The notes: generated from the sequence alone by a model not told the origin. Counted from the stretch's first letter, positions 18,545 through 28,060 are shown. The stretch: DNA of 64,000 nt from Pseudomonadales bacterium (GCA_022827905.1 JAJEIQ010000050.1:1385-65384); one strand, 5' to 3'. Program-made: numbers and translations.

Positions 18545-19003
18545 GATCTACCGCCCCGTCGTGAAGTCGCTGAGCAGGTGCTGCACCAGGAGGAAAATTC
18601 GTTCACCTTCTTGCCCCTGCTGCGCCCCAGCATCATCGTGTCCAGCATGTGGGCCATTAGCGACTTCCGCGCCCACAACGGCGCCACCCTGCTGGTGCCG
18701 GGCAGCCACAAATGGCCTGCCGACCGAGAGGCGGCGAAGAGCGAAGTCGTGAACGCGGAGATGCCCGCTGGCGCGGTGCTGTTCTGGATGGGCGGCACCT
18801 TGCACGGCGCCGGGGCCAACACCTCACAGGACTGGCGCTACGGCGTGATCCTGACCTATTCCCTAGGCTGGGTGCGGCAGGAGGAAAACCAGTATCTCAA
18901 CGTGCCGCGGGAGCGCCTGGCGGAGCTGTCCCCGGAAGTGCGGCGCCTTGTTGGCTTCGATATGTACGCCGCCCTTGGATTTCACGACCGGACCGTTGCC
19001 TGA
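18545..19003 (+). pseudogene. 3' remnant of a phytanoyl-CoA dioxygenase (PhyH) family gene
   Basis: The translation covers only the C-terminal two thirds of a PhyH-type enzyme: ...QVLHQEE..., then ENGATLLVPGSHKW-like NGATLLVPGSHKWP, then GGTLHGAGAN. The roughly 100-130 N-terminal residues are absent. The reading frame starts directly after the MFS TAG (18542-18544) in the same frame. The first ATG is at 18578. Confidence 0.55.
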
Positions 19004-19027
19004 AAAATCCACCCGACTCAGCCCTCT

Positions 19028-19056
19028 GACTGGCGGAAAACCCGCCTTCAATCGTC
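19028..19056 (+). promoter_or_regulatory. ECF-type promoter-like motif upstream of the sigma gene
   Basis: GACTGGCGGAAAACCCGCCTTCAATCGTC matches 20756-20784 at 23 of 29 positions (13 identical, an 8-nt variable spacer, 8 identical). It ends 33 nt before the proposed sigma start. Confidence 0.5.
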
Positions 19057-19088
19057 GTTATACTGCCGAAGATGGCGTTGGAGGGCGT

Positions 19089-19637
19089 GTGGACGACATC
19101 CGCGAGGTTTTTCTTTCGATTCGGCTTGGCATCGCTCGCGCCGTGTCGAAGATTGTGCCGCCTCACGAGGTCGAGGACATCGTTCAGGAGACCTACGTTC
19201 GACTGTGCCAAGTTGGCGCACCTGAGCAGATCCACCACCCGAAATCCTATTTGTACAGAACGGCCCGCAACCTCGCGCTCGATAGCCTAAAGCGCGCCGA
19301 GAATCGCGTGACTGAACAGTGGAATGAGGAGGCGGAGAACAGCCTCAGCATGGCCGGGATGGAGGCAGACGAGACTTTTGAGCAAGCCGCGTCAAGCGAG
19401 GAGTTCGGCCATTTCTGCGAGGCCGTGCGACGGTTGCCGGTGCAGGCACGGCGCGTCTTTGTGCTGAAGAAGGTGTACGGATATTCCCAGCGGGAAATCG
19501 CCAGCGAATTGGGGCTCGCCGAGAGCACGGTAGAAAAGCACGTTGCCCTTGCGGTGCGGCGGTGCGCGGCTTTCATGAGGGCGCAGGCCGGGCGCGAAAC
19601 AACCCTATCCGACCAAGCGGAGGCCCGCAGTGAGTAA
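19089..19637 (+). CDS. ECF (FecI-like) RNA polymerase sigma factor
   Basis: Region 2: EDIVQETYVRL and YLYRTARNLALDSLKR. Region 4 HTH: YSQREIASELGLAESTVEKHVALAVRRC. The GTG at 19089 follows GGAGGG and lies downstream of the promoter-like motif. The start is uncertain; the ORF is open from 18948. Confidence 0.85.
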   Translation: MDDIREVFLSIRLGIARAVSKIVPPHEVEDIVQETYVRLCQVGAPEQIHHPKSYLYRTARNLALDSLKRAENRVTEQWNEEAENSLSMAGMEADETFEQAASSEEFGHFCEAVRRLPVQARRVFVLKKVYGYSQREIASELGLAESTVEKHVALAVRRCAAFMRAQAGRETTLSDQAEARSE

Positions 19638-20721
19638 CATCTACCCGCTCGACCAAGAGCGCAAACGCGCCGCGCAGCAAGCCGTGGAGGCGAGTGCCTG
19701 GATTGCGAAGATGGACAAGGGTTTGGCTGACGCCGACGTTCAGGCGCTGGTGGCTTGGATGCGGGCAGATCCTAGTAACGAGGCCGAGCTGCTTGAGATG
19801 GCTCGGATGTGGGACAAGATGGATGCGTTGGCGCGCTTGTCCGAGGTGTTTCCCCACGCATCGCAAGCCCGTTCCTCGCCCGTTCGCCGCATGGGCCGCC
19901 AGCTGGCCGTGGCTGCCTCCCTAGTTATAGTGATCGTCGGTGTGGTGATCACGGCGGCGACCCTGAACCGACACGAAGGCGAGTCCCCATTCAGTTTGGT
20001 TTCTGACGTTGCGGCCTACGAAACCGCCATTGGCGGCATGTCGACCATCAAGCTGCCTGATGGCTCCCTGATCACGCTGAACACCAACAGCCGTGCGGTC
20101 GTCAGTTTTGGTGAGCGGCAGCGCATCGTGAGGCTGGAGCGGGGAGAGATGCACATCGAAGTTGCGCACAATCCGGCAAGACCGCTCAGCGTCATTGCGC
20201 AAGGGCATATTGTGCAGGCCGTCGGTACTGCGTTCAACGTGAAGATTGATGCTTCTCAGCGTGTCGAGGTGTTGGTCGCTGATGGCCGAGTGCAAGTTGG
20301 GGTACACGAACAAGGTACAGCCGATGACTATCGGACTGAAGCCTTGGGCGGCTTCGACGGCCCATCACTACTCATCGCTCAGGGTGAGCGCGCGATTCTG
20401 AACGCTGGCAGCGAGATAGTGGAGTCACTTGAGCCGGAAGAGGTGGCAGTACATCTATCCTGGCGCAACGGCAACCTGATCTTCCGTGGCGAATCGTTGG
20501 CGGCCGCCGTTGCCGAAGTGGGCCGCTATACCCCCGTCGAGTTCGTCATAGAGGACGAAAACCTGCAGCGCCTTCGCGTGGCGGGCCTGTTCAAAGCGGG
20601 TGACGTGGCCGGGTTCCTGGCGTCGTTGGAGGCGAACTTCGACATCGTGTACCAGCGCGCTGGCACCGAGACCATTCTTCTTTCTGCCGCTAAGAGCCGC
20701 AGCACGGATGCGCCAAGGTAG
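19630..20721 (+). CDS. FecR-family anti-sigma factor / transmembrane sensor
   Basis: GTG 19630 overlaps the sigma stop. N-terminal anti-sigma helix region, a single TM (LAVAASLVIVIVGVVITAATL), and a periplasmic FecR domain (IKLPDGSLITLNTNSRAVV). Confidence 0.9.
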   Translation: MSNIYPLDQERKRAAQQAVEASAWIAKMDKGLADADVQALVAWMRADPSNEAELLEMARMWDKMDALARLSEVFPHASQARSSPVRRMGRQLAVAASLVIVIVGVVITAATLNRHEGESPFSLVSDVAAYETAIGGMSTIKLPDGSLITLNTNSRAVVSFGERQRIVRLERGEMHIEVAHNPARPLSVIAQGHIVQAVGTAFNVKIDASQRVEVLVADGRVQVGVHEQGTADDYRTEALGGFDGPSLLIAQGERAILNAGSEIVESLEPEEVAVHLSWRNGNLIFRGESLAAAVAEVGRYTPVEFVIEDENLQRLRVAGLFKAGDVAGFLASLEANFDIVYQRAGTETILLSAAKSRSTDAPR

Positions 20722-20755
20722 CCGACGGCGAAGCTTCTCCCCATCGGCGTCCATC

Positions 20756-20784
20756 GACTGGCGGAAAATCATCGGCCAATCGTC
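20756..20784 (+). promoter_or_regulatory. ECF-type promoter-like motif upstream of the STN-TonB receptor
   Basis: GACTGGCGGAAAATCATCGGCCAATCGTC is the second copy of the 19028-19056 motif. It lies after the FecR stop and about 68 nt before the proposed receptor start. Confidence 0.5.
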
Positions 20785-20851
20785 CTACCCAATAGTAGGT
20801 CGGAGGTTTGCCGGGCAGGCGTTTGGCGTTCTCCCGGTTGGAACTGCCGGG

Positions 20852-23464
20852 TTGAGGCTAGTGCAGCTCATCATAGGTTTGTGTGTCTCCCTACTTGCCC
20901 AAGCAAGCGACACACACACTTTTGACATACCCAAGCAACGCGCCGACCTCGCGCTCATCGAGTTTGCGGAGCAGGCGGATCGGACATTGCTGTTTTCGTA
21001 CGACGAAACCAGCAACAGGATGGCCAACCGGTTGAGCGGGCCATATGAAGTGGTGGAAGCGCTTAAGCTTCTGCTGGCCGGCACCGGGCTCTCCATCTCG
21101 ATGGGCAATGACGGGCAACTCAGCGTTGCCAGTAGTGACATTGAGAGTGAGGAGAGCAACGTGCGAATGGGAAAGTCCAAGGACCAACAGTCAGTCGTTG
21201 GCCGAATAGGCGCCGTGGTCACCAGCCTGCTTTTGGGCGCAGGTGCGGTAGCGGAAGACGCGGACCCTGGGTCGGCAAACGCCAACATCATTGAGGAAAT
21301 CGTGGTGACCGCGCAAAAGCGTGAGCAGACGGCTCAGGAAACTGCGCTGGCGCTCAGCGCGTACACATCCGATACGGTGCTGACGCGACAGATCGACGGC
21401 GTGCGTAGGATTTCCCAACTGGCGCCGAGTTTGGTGTTCAACCGCTCCGGCACCGCAGCGAACACCTACATGCGGGGCGTGGGGCAAGACATCGCAACCG
21501 TGCTCGGTGAGCCTGGCGTCGCTCTTTTCATTGATGGTGTCTACCAAGCGGCTAACTTTGCCCAAACGGCATCCTATAACGATCTGGAACGTATCGAGGT
21601 CCTTCGCGGCCCCCAGGGAACCCTTTATGGACGCAACACGACTGGTGGCAACATCAACCTCTACACCAAGCGCCCCGGATTCGAGCAAGGGTTCGAGGCG
21701 TCGCTGCTATACGGTGACTACGACCGCATAAAGGCGACCATTGCGGGTCAAACGACCTTGGTGAAAGACCGCGTCGCTGTCAGAGGTAGCTTTGTTACGG
21801 ACACGAATGACGGGTACCGCGACAATCCATTTGACGGAAGCGAGATTGAAGAACGCGACATCCAAGCTGGCGCCGTATCCCTTCTGGTTGCGCCGTCAGA
21901 CACCATTGAACTGCTTCTGCGTACAGACTGGAACGACCAAGACGACGACAACCCGGTATGGGACTATCTCGAGGCCGTACCTGGATCAGGCTTATCTCCA
22001 CAACTGTTTGGTGGAAATGCGGCACCGGGCGGAAATGAAGTCATTAGCGAACGGGACAGCCAAGTCCAAACCGAGCACTGGGGCGTCAGTGCAGACCTGA
22101 CGTGGGACATCAATGAGATTTCTGTTCGGTCCATCACCGCCTATCGCGAATCGAAGCAGGATGTGGACTACGACAATGACGGTACGGATCTGCCGTTCTT
22201 TGATACGAGCGGTGGCCAGTCCAGCGAGCAGTTCAGCCAAGAGATCAATGTGAGCGGACTAGCGCTTGATGGGAATCTTGAGTGGATTGCCGGCGTTTTC
22301 TACATGGAGCAAGACATCAATATTGTTTGGAACTTTGACCTCGAGGCTCTACAGGGATTCTTCGAGAGCGTTTTTCCAAACATTCAAAACAGCTTCATGC
22401 CACCCTTACCGCCTGGGGGGCTCGGTGACCCAACCCTTAACCCCTTGTATTCTGGACGCTTGCCATCCGGAATGGGCTCAGCAGTCCCATTCCTCGACTT
22501 TAGCAATCAGCTCGATGTAGACAGCAGCGCGGTTTTTGTGCAGGGAACCCTCTCGCTCACGGACGCTTGGAGAGTCACCGCCGGTGTACGTTATACGGAC
22601 GATGAGAAGACGACTCTCCAGAGCGTGACTTCAAATGTGTCACCGGCAGTGTGCCAAGACTTGCGGCTTAGCGAGGACTGGCAAGAAACGACTTGGAAGC
22701 TTGGCGTAGACTGGGATCTTGCCGACAATGTGCTGGTCTACGCCTTGGCTTCTCGAGGATTCAAGTCCGGCGGTTTCAATACCGGCAGGTGCAATAACTC
22801 CTACGATCCCGAGACAATCGACGCCTATGAAGTTGGGCTGAAGTCCACTCTAGCCGACGGTCGGGTGCGCATGAACTTGGCTGCATTCGCATACGATTAC
22901 CAAGACTTGCAAGCAACGCTATTTGTCAATAATGCTTCACTTCTGGACAACGCCACAGACACCGAGATGCAGGGCATCGAAGCCGAGATGCTGGTGCTTG
23001 CGGGGGCGGGTTTCGAGTTCGATGCTCAGGTGTCCTGGATGAACACTGAATACATCGACTTTGTCACAACCAACCCCATGACAGGGATGGTGCAGGACGC
23101 AAGCGGCAATCAAGTGCTGCGTGCGCCCGATTTCAGCTACAACCTTGGTGTCCAATACACGATGGATGTATCTGGTTCAGGTGCCTTGACCTTGCGCTAT
23201 GAAGCTTCGCACAAGGACGACTACTACACCACGGTGTTCAATGACGACTTCGCAAAGGTGGACGCTTACACGCTACAGAACGTACGCGTCATATGGAACA
23301 CCGGCGGTGCTTGGGAAATTCAAGGATTTGTGGAAAACCTCACAGACGAGGAATACATAGAGAACCAACTCGCCGTGGCGACAGTCGGAGGCGTGATTGG
23401 TAGCTGGGCACCTCCGCGTACCTGGGGTCTGCAGGTCCGTTACCGCACTGGCGCCTATCAGTGA
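20852..23464 (+). CDS. TonB-dependent receptor with N-terminal STN signalling domain
   Basis: The TTG at 20852 gives signal peptide MRLVQLIIGLCVSLLAQA (start uncertain). STN domain: FDIPKQRADLALIEFAEQADRTLLFSY...LLAGTGLSI. Plug: IEEIVVTAQKREQTAQE. Long beta-barrel. Confidence 0.9.
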   Translation: MRLVQLIIGLCVSLLAQASDTHTFDIPKQRADLALIEFAEQADRTLLFSYDETSNRMANRLSGPYEVVEALKLLLAGTGLSISMGNDGQLSVASSDIESEESNVRMGKSKDQQSVVGRIGAVVTSLLLGAGAVAEDADPGSANANIIEEIVVTAQKREQTAQETALALSAYTSDTVLTRQIDGVRRISQLAPSLVFNRSGTAANTYMRGVGQDIATVLGEPGVALFIDGVYQAANFAQTASYNDLERIEVLRGPQGTLYGRNTTGGNINLYTKRPGFEQGFEASLLYGDYDRIKATIAGQTTLVKDRVAVRGSFVTDTNDGYRDNPFDGSEIEERDIQAGAVSLLVAPSDTIELLLRTDWNDQDDDNPVWDYLEAVPGSGLSPQLFGGNAAPGGNEVISERDSQVQTEHWGVSADLTWDINEISVRSITAYRESKQDVDYDNDGTDLPFFDTSGGQSSEQFSQEINVSGLALDGNLEWIAGVFYMEQDINIVWNFDLEALQGFFESVFPNIQNSFMPPLPPGGLGDPTLNPLYSGRLPSGMGSAVPFLDFSNQLDVDSSAVFVQGTLSLTDAWRVTAGVRYTDDEKTTLQSVTSNVSPAVCQDLRLSEDWQETTWKLGVDWDLADNVLVYALASRGFKSGGFNTGRCNNSYDPETIDAYEVGLKSTLADGRVRMNLAAFAYDYQDLQATLFVNNASLLDNATDTEMQGIEAEMLVLAGAGFEFDAQVSWMNTEYIDFVTTNPMTGMVQDASGNQVLRAPDFSYNLGVQYTMDVSGSGALTLRYEASHKDDYYTTVFNDDFAKVDAYTLQNVRVIWNTGGAWEIQGFVENLTDEEYIENQLAVATVGGVIGSWAPPRTWGLQVRYRTGAYQ

Positions 23465-24756
23465 ATCGATTGTCTTTCATCACCTTACTGGTCCTGGCCG
23501 CTCCTCTTGAGGCCAGCGAGGTTGCGAATGGGCAGCCAGAGCAACATGGCATGTCTAGCGATCGCCTGGCCCACGTCGACTCTCTGAATCAGCGATTGAC
23601 GGCAACCGGGACAGTCGCCGGCATCGTGACAGTCGTTTCGCGAAACGGTGTGATCGTGCATCAGAGCACGTCGGGTGTAAGAGGTGTTGATGACCCTCGA
23701 CCAATCGCCTTGGACGACATTTTTCGCATCTATTCCATGTCAAAACCCATGACGGCCGTTGCAGCCATGCAGCTGTACGAACAAGGCAAGTTCCAGTTGA
23801 CTGACCCGGTTTCAAAGTACATTCCTGAACTGAAAGGCCTCAGTGTCTATGACGACGGCGTGATTCGGCCTGTAGAGCGTGAGATGACCATGCAACAGCT
23901 TCTGACTCACACAGCAGGCTTTAGCTATGGTTTCGATCCGAACAATCCAGTTGACAGGATGTACTTGGACGCAAAGTTGTGGGAGGCGAAGAATCTCGTC
24001 GAGTTCGTTGAGCGACTAGCCAAGTTGCCATTGATGTTTGACCCGGGCGACGACTGGCAGTACTCGGTTGCGGTGGATGTTACTGGACTTGTAATTCAAA
24101 GACTGAGCGGGCAACGGTTTGATGAGTATCTGCATCAGCACATTTTTGAGCCTCTCGATATGGTTGACACAGCCTTCATTGTTCCTCCCGAGAAGCTTGA
24201 CCGCCTTTTGCCCAACCACGTGTTCGATAGCAACTCGATGAAGTCTGTTTCCATTGAGCACATATTTGAGTTCTTTCCTGTCGCGGCGGATATGTTCTAC
24301 GAAAATTGCAGGGCCATGTGCGACCACGAAGATGTGTCGCTCTTTTCCGGCGGTTCGGGATTGGTTAGTACGGTGAGGGACTATCTACGGTTCGCACTCG
24401 CTATGCGCACCGGCGAATTCAACGGTGTGCGCATCTTGAGCCCCAAGACCGTCCAGTATATGCGGATGAATCACTTGCCAGATGGAATGACACCCGTCAC
24501 ACCCATAGACAGGATCAGCTTTCCAAGCGGTGGATGGGGCATAGGATTTTCGGTTGTGACCGATCCAGCGTCGCAAGGGGTCATGACGTCGCTTGGAGAA
24601 TACGCTTGGTCAGGCGGTGCGGGCACTGTCTTTTGGATTGACCCTTTAGAAGATCTAGTGGTTGTCAGCATGATGCAGCTTATGGGTACTTGGCCCTCAT
24701 ATCAGTGGGACCTCCGCGTTGCCGTCAATCAGGCGATATTGAGTAGCAACGAATAG
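23461..24756 (+). CDS. serine hydrolase (class C beta-lactamase/esterase family), secreted
   Basis: The GTG overlaps the receptor stop (GTGA). A signal peptide is present. S-x-x-K motif YSMSKPMTAVAAMQL. Confidence 0.85.
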   Translation: MNRLSFITLLVLAAPLEASEVANGQPEQHGMSSDRLAHVDSLNQRLTATGTVAGIVTVVSRNGVIVHQSTSGVRGVDDPRPIALDDIFRIYSMSKPMTAVAAMQLYEQGKFQLTDPVSKYIPELKGLSVYDDGVIRPVEREMTMQQLLTHTAGFSYGFDPNNPVDRMYLDAKLWEAKNLVEFVERLAKLPLMFDPGDDWQYSVAVDVTGLVIQRLSGQRFDEYLHQHIFEPLDMVDTAFIVPPEKLDRLLPNHVFDSNSMKSVSIEHIFEFFPVAADMFYENCRAMCDHEDVSLFSGGSGLVSTVRDYLRFALAMRTGEFNGVRILSPKTVQYMRMNHLPDGMTPVTPIDRISFPSGGWGIGFSVVTDPASQGVMTSLGEYAWSGGAGTVFWIDPLEDLVVVSMMQLMGTWPSYQWDLRVAVNQAILSSNE

Positions 24757-25053
24757 GCTGAATGGAGATCAGCCGCTAGCCGAAATCGGAGTTTCGACGC
24801 GTCAGGTCGCGCCAATGCACCGCCAATCCCCTCCCGCCTCTCGGTAAGCGCCTCCGCACCTCGACCGTCGGCATCCAGCCGGACAATCTGGATCGTGGCC
24901 TCCAAAATGGGGCAGTCAAGGGAGAACCAGCCGTGACTAAAGGGTTGCATTTCTGGCAACCTGCGACGTGGGTTCAGGTGGGAAACGCCGTTCGAAGCCG
25001 CTATCTGGTCCGTGTGCTCAACAGGAACGATCTCTAAACGAAGAGGGAATCGG

Positions 25054-27105
25054 ATGAAAGGCCCAATGAGAGCGTTGTGGGGTTCAGTATTGATTTCTGT
25101 GCTGGCGGCAACCATCGTCGCCTGTTCTGACGGCGATGGCGTTGCCAGCAGCCAAACAGCGTCCGAATCGAGAGAGCGGAATGAGCCTCCGGCGCAGCCT
25201 GTCTCTGAGGCTTCTGCGCCGGGACGCGAACGCCATGCCTACTTTGGCGACCTCCACGTCCACACCACCTATTCGATTGATGCCTACCAGTTCGGCACGC
25301 TGGCAACGCCTGACGACGCCTATCGCTACGCCAAGGGTGAGGCCATCAAGCATCCCGGCGGGTTCGATATGCAGCTCGACCGGCCCCTGGACTTCTACGC
25401 GGTGACGGACCACGGCTTTTATCTTGGGGTGGTCGGAGCGGGGGCGGACCCCGCAACCGAAATCTCCACCTACGCGGCCATGAAATCGATCCACAATCTC
25501 AATGCCCCGGAAAACCTTACCCTCGAGAGCATCCCTGGGCGAGACTTTCGCGCTTGGATCGGCGGGTTCACAAGAGCAATGGCCCGCTCCGAGTCGCTAA
25601 AGGCGGAGGTTGCGAGCATCATGCGCTCGACCTGGGCGGATGAGGTGCGCGCTGCCGACCGCCATTACCAACCCGGACAGTTCACCACCTTCGCCGCCTA
25701 TGAATACTCATCGAGCAAGGAGGACGGCGGCAGCATGCACCGGAACGTCGTCTTCCGCGGCACCGAGAATTTGCCAGCGGTGCCTTTCAATCGGCTCATG
25801 TCACTGGACCCAGAGGATTTATGGAACTGGATGGACGACCTGAGGAGAAGAGACGTTGAGAGCCTGGCGATCCCGCACAATTCCAACAAATCCAATGGAC
25901 AGATGTTCGAACTGGCCACCTGGGCAGGCGACCCGATGACGCTGGCGCACAACGAAAAGCGCCTGCGCAACGAACCGCTGGTTGAAATCACCCAGGTCAA
26001 GGGCACTTCGGAAACGCACCCGGCTCTGTCGATGAACGATGAGTGGGCAGGCTTTGAGATCGATCCCTACATAGCCGGCGGCGGACCTTTGACCATTGCC
26101 AAGACCGCAGGCGGCTACGTGCGTGACGCGATGAAAAAGGGACTGCTGCTGGAAGCGGAAGGGCTGGGCAATCCGTTCGAGTACGGCTTCATCGGCTCTT
26201 CTGACACCCACACCGGCGCGGGCTCCTACGATGAAACGAATTTCTTCTCCAAGGTGGGTCTCCTCGACTCAACCCCCGCCCTTCGCGGTTCGGTGCCGAT
26301 CAGTGACGAGGACCTGAATACCCTCCAGTTGAGCGATGCGGATGACTCGACGTTCTACGTCGCGTCGGATGGCAGACGCTATCTGTCGCGCAACGCATCG
26401 GTCTATGGCGCGTCGGGCTTGGCGGCTGTGTGGGCGGAGGAAAACACTAGGGAGTCCGTTTACGACGCCTTTCGCCGCAAGGAAACTTTCGCAACCTCAG
26501 GCCCGCGGATACGAGTGCGCTTTTTCGCGGGCTATGACCTCAACCCCTCCATGCTCGGGACTATGGGTGGAATGTCCCACGCTTATGCCGGCGGCGTATC
26601 CATGGGCGGAGACCTGACGGCGAAGCCCGGTGATGCGCCTTCCTTTATCGTCTGGGCGGCCCGGGATGCGCAATCGGCGCCGTTGCAACGCGTGCAGATC
26701 ATCAAGGGCTGGCTTGAAGACGGCGAAGCCCACGAGCGAGTGTTTGATGTTGCCTGCTCGGACGGACTGGCGGTTGACCCGACCACCCACCGCTGTCCGG
26801 ATAATGGCGCCAAAGTGAATCTGTCCGATTGCGCTGTTTCCGCAGACCGGGGCGCGGCAGAGTTGAAGGCGCTGTGGCAGGACCCGGAATTTGACGGAAA
26901 ACAAAAAGCGTTCTACTACGCTCGCGTCCTGGAAAATCCAACCTGTCGATGGTCCACTTGGGATGCCCTTCGCGCCGGTGTGGCCCCCCGCGACAATCTT
27001 GAACGGGTCATTCAGGAACGGGCCTGGTCCTCTCCAATTTGGGTGAGTCCGCATGGCACCAGCGCTTTCACTCCGCCGACAAGTCCACCGGACCGTGGTT
27101 CTTGA
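25054..27105 (+). CDS. DUF3604-like lipoprotein with PHP-type metal motif
   Basis: AAGAGGGA lies upstream of ATG 25054. Lipobox LAATIVAC. The motif YFGDLHVHTTYSIDAY matches what I recall for DUF3604/PHP-like phosphoesterases. The ORF-track start 25012 is rejected. Confidence 0.75.
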   Translation: MKGPMRALWGSVLISVLAATIVACSDGDGVASSQTASESRERNEPPAQPVSEASAPGRERHAYFGDLHVHTTYSIDAYQFGTLATPDDAYRYAKGEAIKHPGGFDMQLDRPLDFYAVTDHGFYLGVVGAGADPATEISTYAAMKSIHNLNAPENLTLESIPGRDFRAWIGGFTRAMARSESLKAEVASIMRSTWADEVRAADRHYQPGQFTTFAAYEYSSSKEDGGSMHRNVVFRGTENLPAVPFNRLMSLDPEDLWNWMDDLRRRDVESLAIPHNSNKSNGQMFELATWAGDPMTLAHNEKRLRNEPLVEITQVKGTSETHPALSMNDEWAGFEIDPYIAGGGPLTIAKTAGGYVRDAMKKGLLLEAEGLGNPFEYGFIGSSDTHTGAGSYDETNFFSKVGLLDSTPALRGSVPISDEDLNTLQLSDADDSTFYVASDGRRYLSRNASVYGASGLAAVWAEENTRESVYDAFRRKETFATSGPRIRVRFFAGYDLNPSMLGTMGGMSHAYAGGVSMGGDLTAKPGDAPSFIVWAARDAQSAPLQRVQIIKGWLEDGEAHERVFDVACSDGLAVDPTTHRCPDNGAKVNLSDCAVSADRGAAELKALWQDPEFDGKQKAFYYARVLENPTCRWSTWDALRAGVAPRDNLERVIQERAWSSPIWVSPHGTSAFTPPTSPPDRGS

Positions 27106-27643
27106 CGACCCGCTTGTCGACGACAGTCGGCTGTTCGCAGAACACGATCAGATTGCTCTGCGTCGAGTCGCATGCGTTTGGCACCCGCAACCCGTCAGCC
27201 CCAAGGAACGCACAGGCTTCGGCGACCTCCTGCGACCGCGGGTATTCCTGCTCGCGTTCCAAGTAGCTCAGCCGTCCGTATCCCGCCACCCGCAGGCCAA
27301 CATCTGCCAGCGCCTCAAGCCCCGCAAAACGCATGACCGCCCCGAGCGAGACCGACAGCTCGAACATTTCATAGCGCACCCGCGACGGCGGAAACGGCTG
27401 CCCCTGGAAGAGATGGAAACGGCGTTCCGCGATCGCGCCCTCCCGCGTCTCTGAGGTGTAAAGCACATCCAGTGTCCCATCGTCCCAGCGGCCACCCGGA
27501 CGCCCGCAGACGAGGGGGTCCCGTCCGGTGCGCACGGACCGCCACACCGTGCCTTCGAACGGCGCCATCCCCACGGCCTCGAGGGCATCCAACAGCGACT
27601 GATCACGGATCCCGCCGGAACCCCGCGTGTGATTCCGTGGCAT
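27068..27643 (-). CDS. RES-domain toxin
   Basis: 191 aa with the RES pattern (GRWDDG...LYTSETREGAIAE...). It starts 2 nt after the antitoxin stop. Its 3' end overlaps the convergent DUF3604 gene by 38 nt. Confidence 0.85.
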   Translation of the reverse strand: MPRNHTRGSGGIRDQSLLDALEAVGMAPFEGTVWRSVRTGRDPLVCGRPGGRWDDGTLDVLYTSETREGAIAERRFHLFQGQPFPPSRVRYEMFELSVSLGAVMRFAGLEALADVGLRVAGYGRLSYLEREQEYPRSQEVAEACAFLGADGLRVPNACDSTQSNLIVFCEQPTVVDKRVVKNHGPVDLSAE

Positions 27644-27645
27644 GA

Positions 27646-27999
27646 CTAGAGATACGCGTCAGCATCTAGACGATCGAGTATCGCGATCACCTCTTCCGTG
27701 CGCTCATCGTGGATCAGGTCGATCGCCCGCGCCCCGTCGAGCTGCGGGTGCCGCGCATACAGCCAAGCGCGCACTTCCTCGTGCCCATAGTACTCACCTA
27801 GCCGCATCACCACGTAGGACAGATCCGACATGATCAGCTGCGTCCGCGGATGCGGCGATTTCTGGCCGCTGCCCCAGCGCGAAACGGTCGCTTTCGACAC
27901 GCCGGTGAAGTTGGCGATGTCAGTGCCTTTCAACCCCCCGGTTTCCTGCAGCCGTGCCAGAAACTGCACGACTGGTTGCGCCCTTGCCGCTTGGCTCAT
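27646..27999 (-). CDS. Xre-family antitoxin with DUF2384-like C-terminal domain
   Basis: ATG 27999 is preceded by GGGAGGGGAG. HTH: LKGTDIANFTGVSKATVSRW. C-terminus: WLYARHPQLDGARAIDLI. The ORF-track start 28068 is rejected. Confidence 0.8.
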   Translation of the reverse strand: MSQAARAQPVVQFLARLQETGGLKGTDIANFTGVSKATVSRWGSGQKSPHPRTQLIMSDLSYVVMRLGEYYGHEEVRAWLYARHPQLDGARAIDLIHDERTEEVIAILDRLDADAYL

Positions 28000-28060
28000 G
28001 CTCCCCTCCCCTGTTTGGTCCACTGATTCACCGTTGTCGACACCACACTCTCTGCATATT

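Noticed and set aside
24729-25115. A 128-aa minus-strand ORF filling the 297-bp gap between the serine hydrolase and DUF3604 genes.
   Set aside because: It has no recognisable motif or RBS and overlaps both flanking genes. It could be a decayed remnant, but I cannot support a call.
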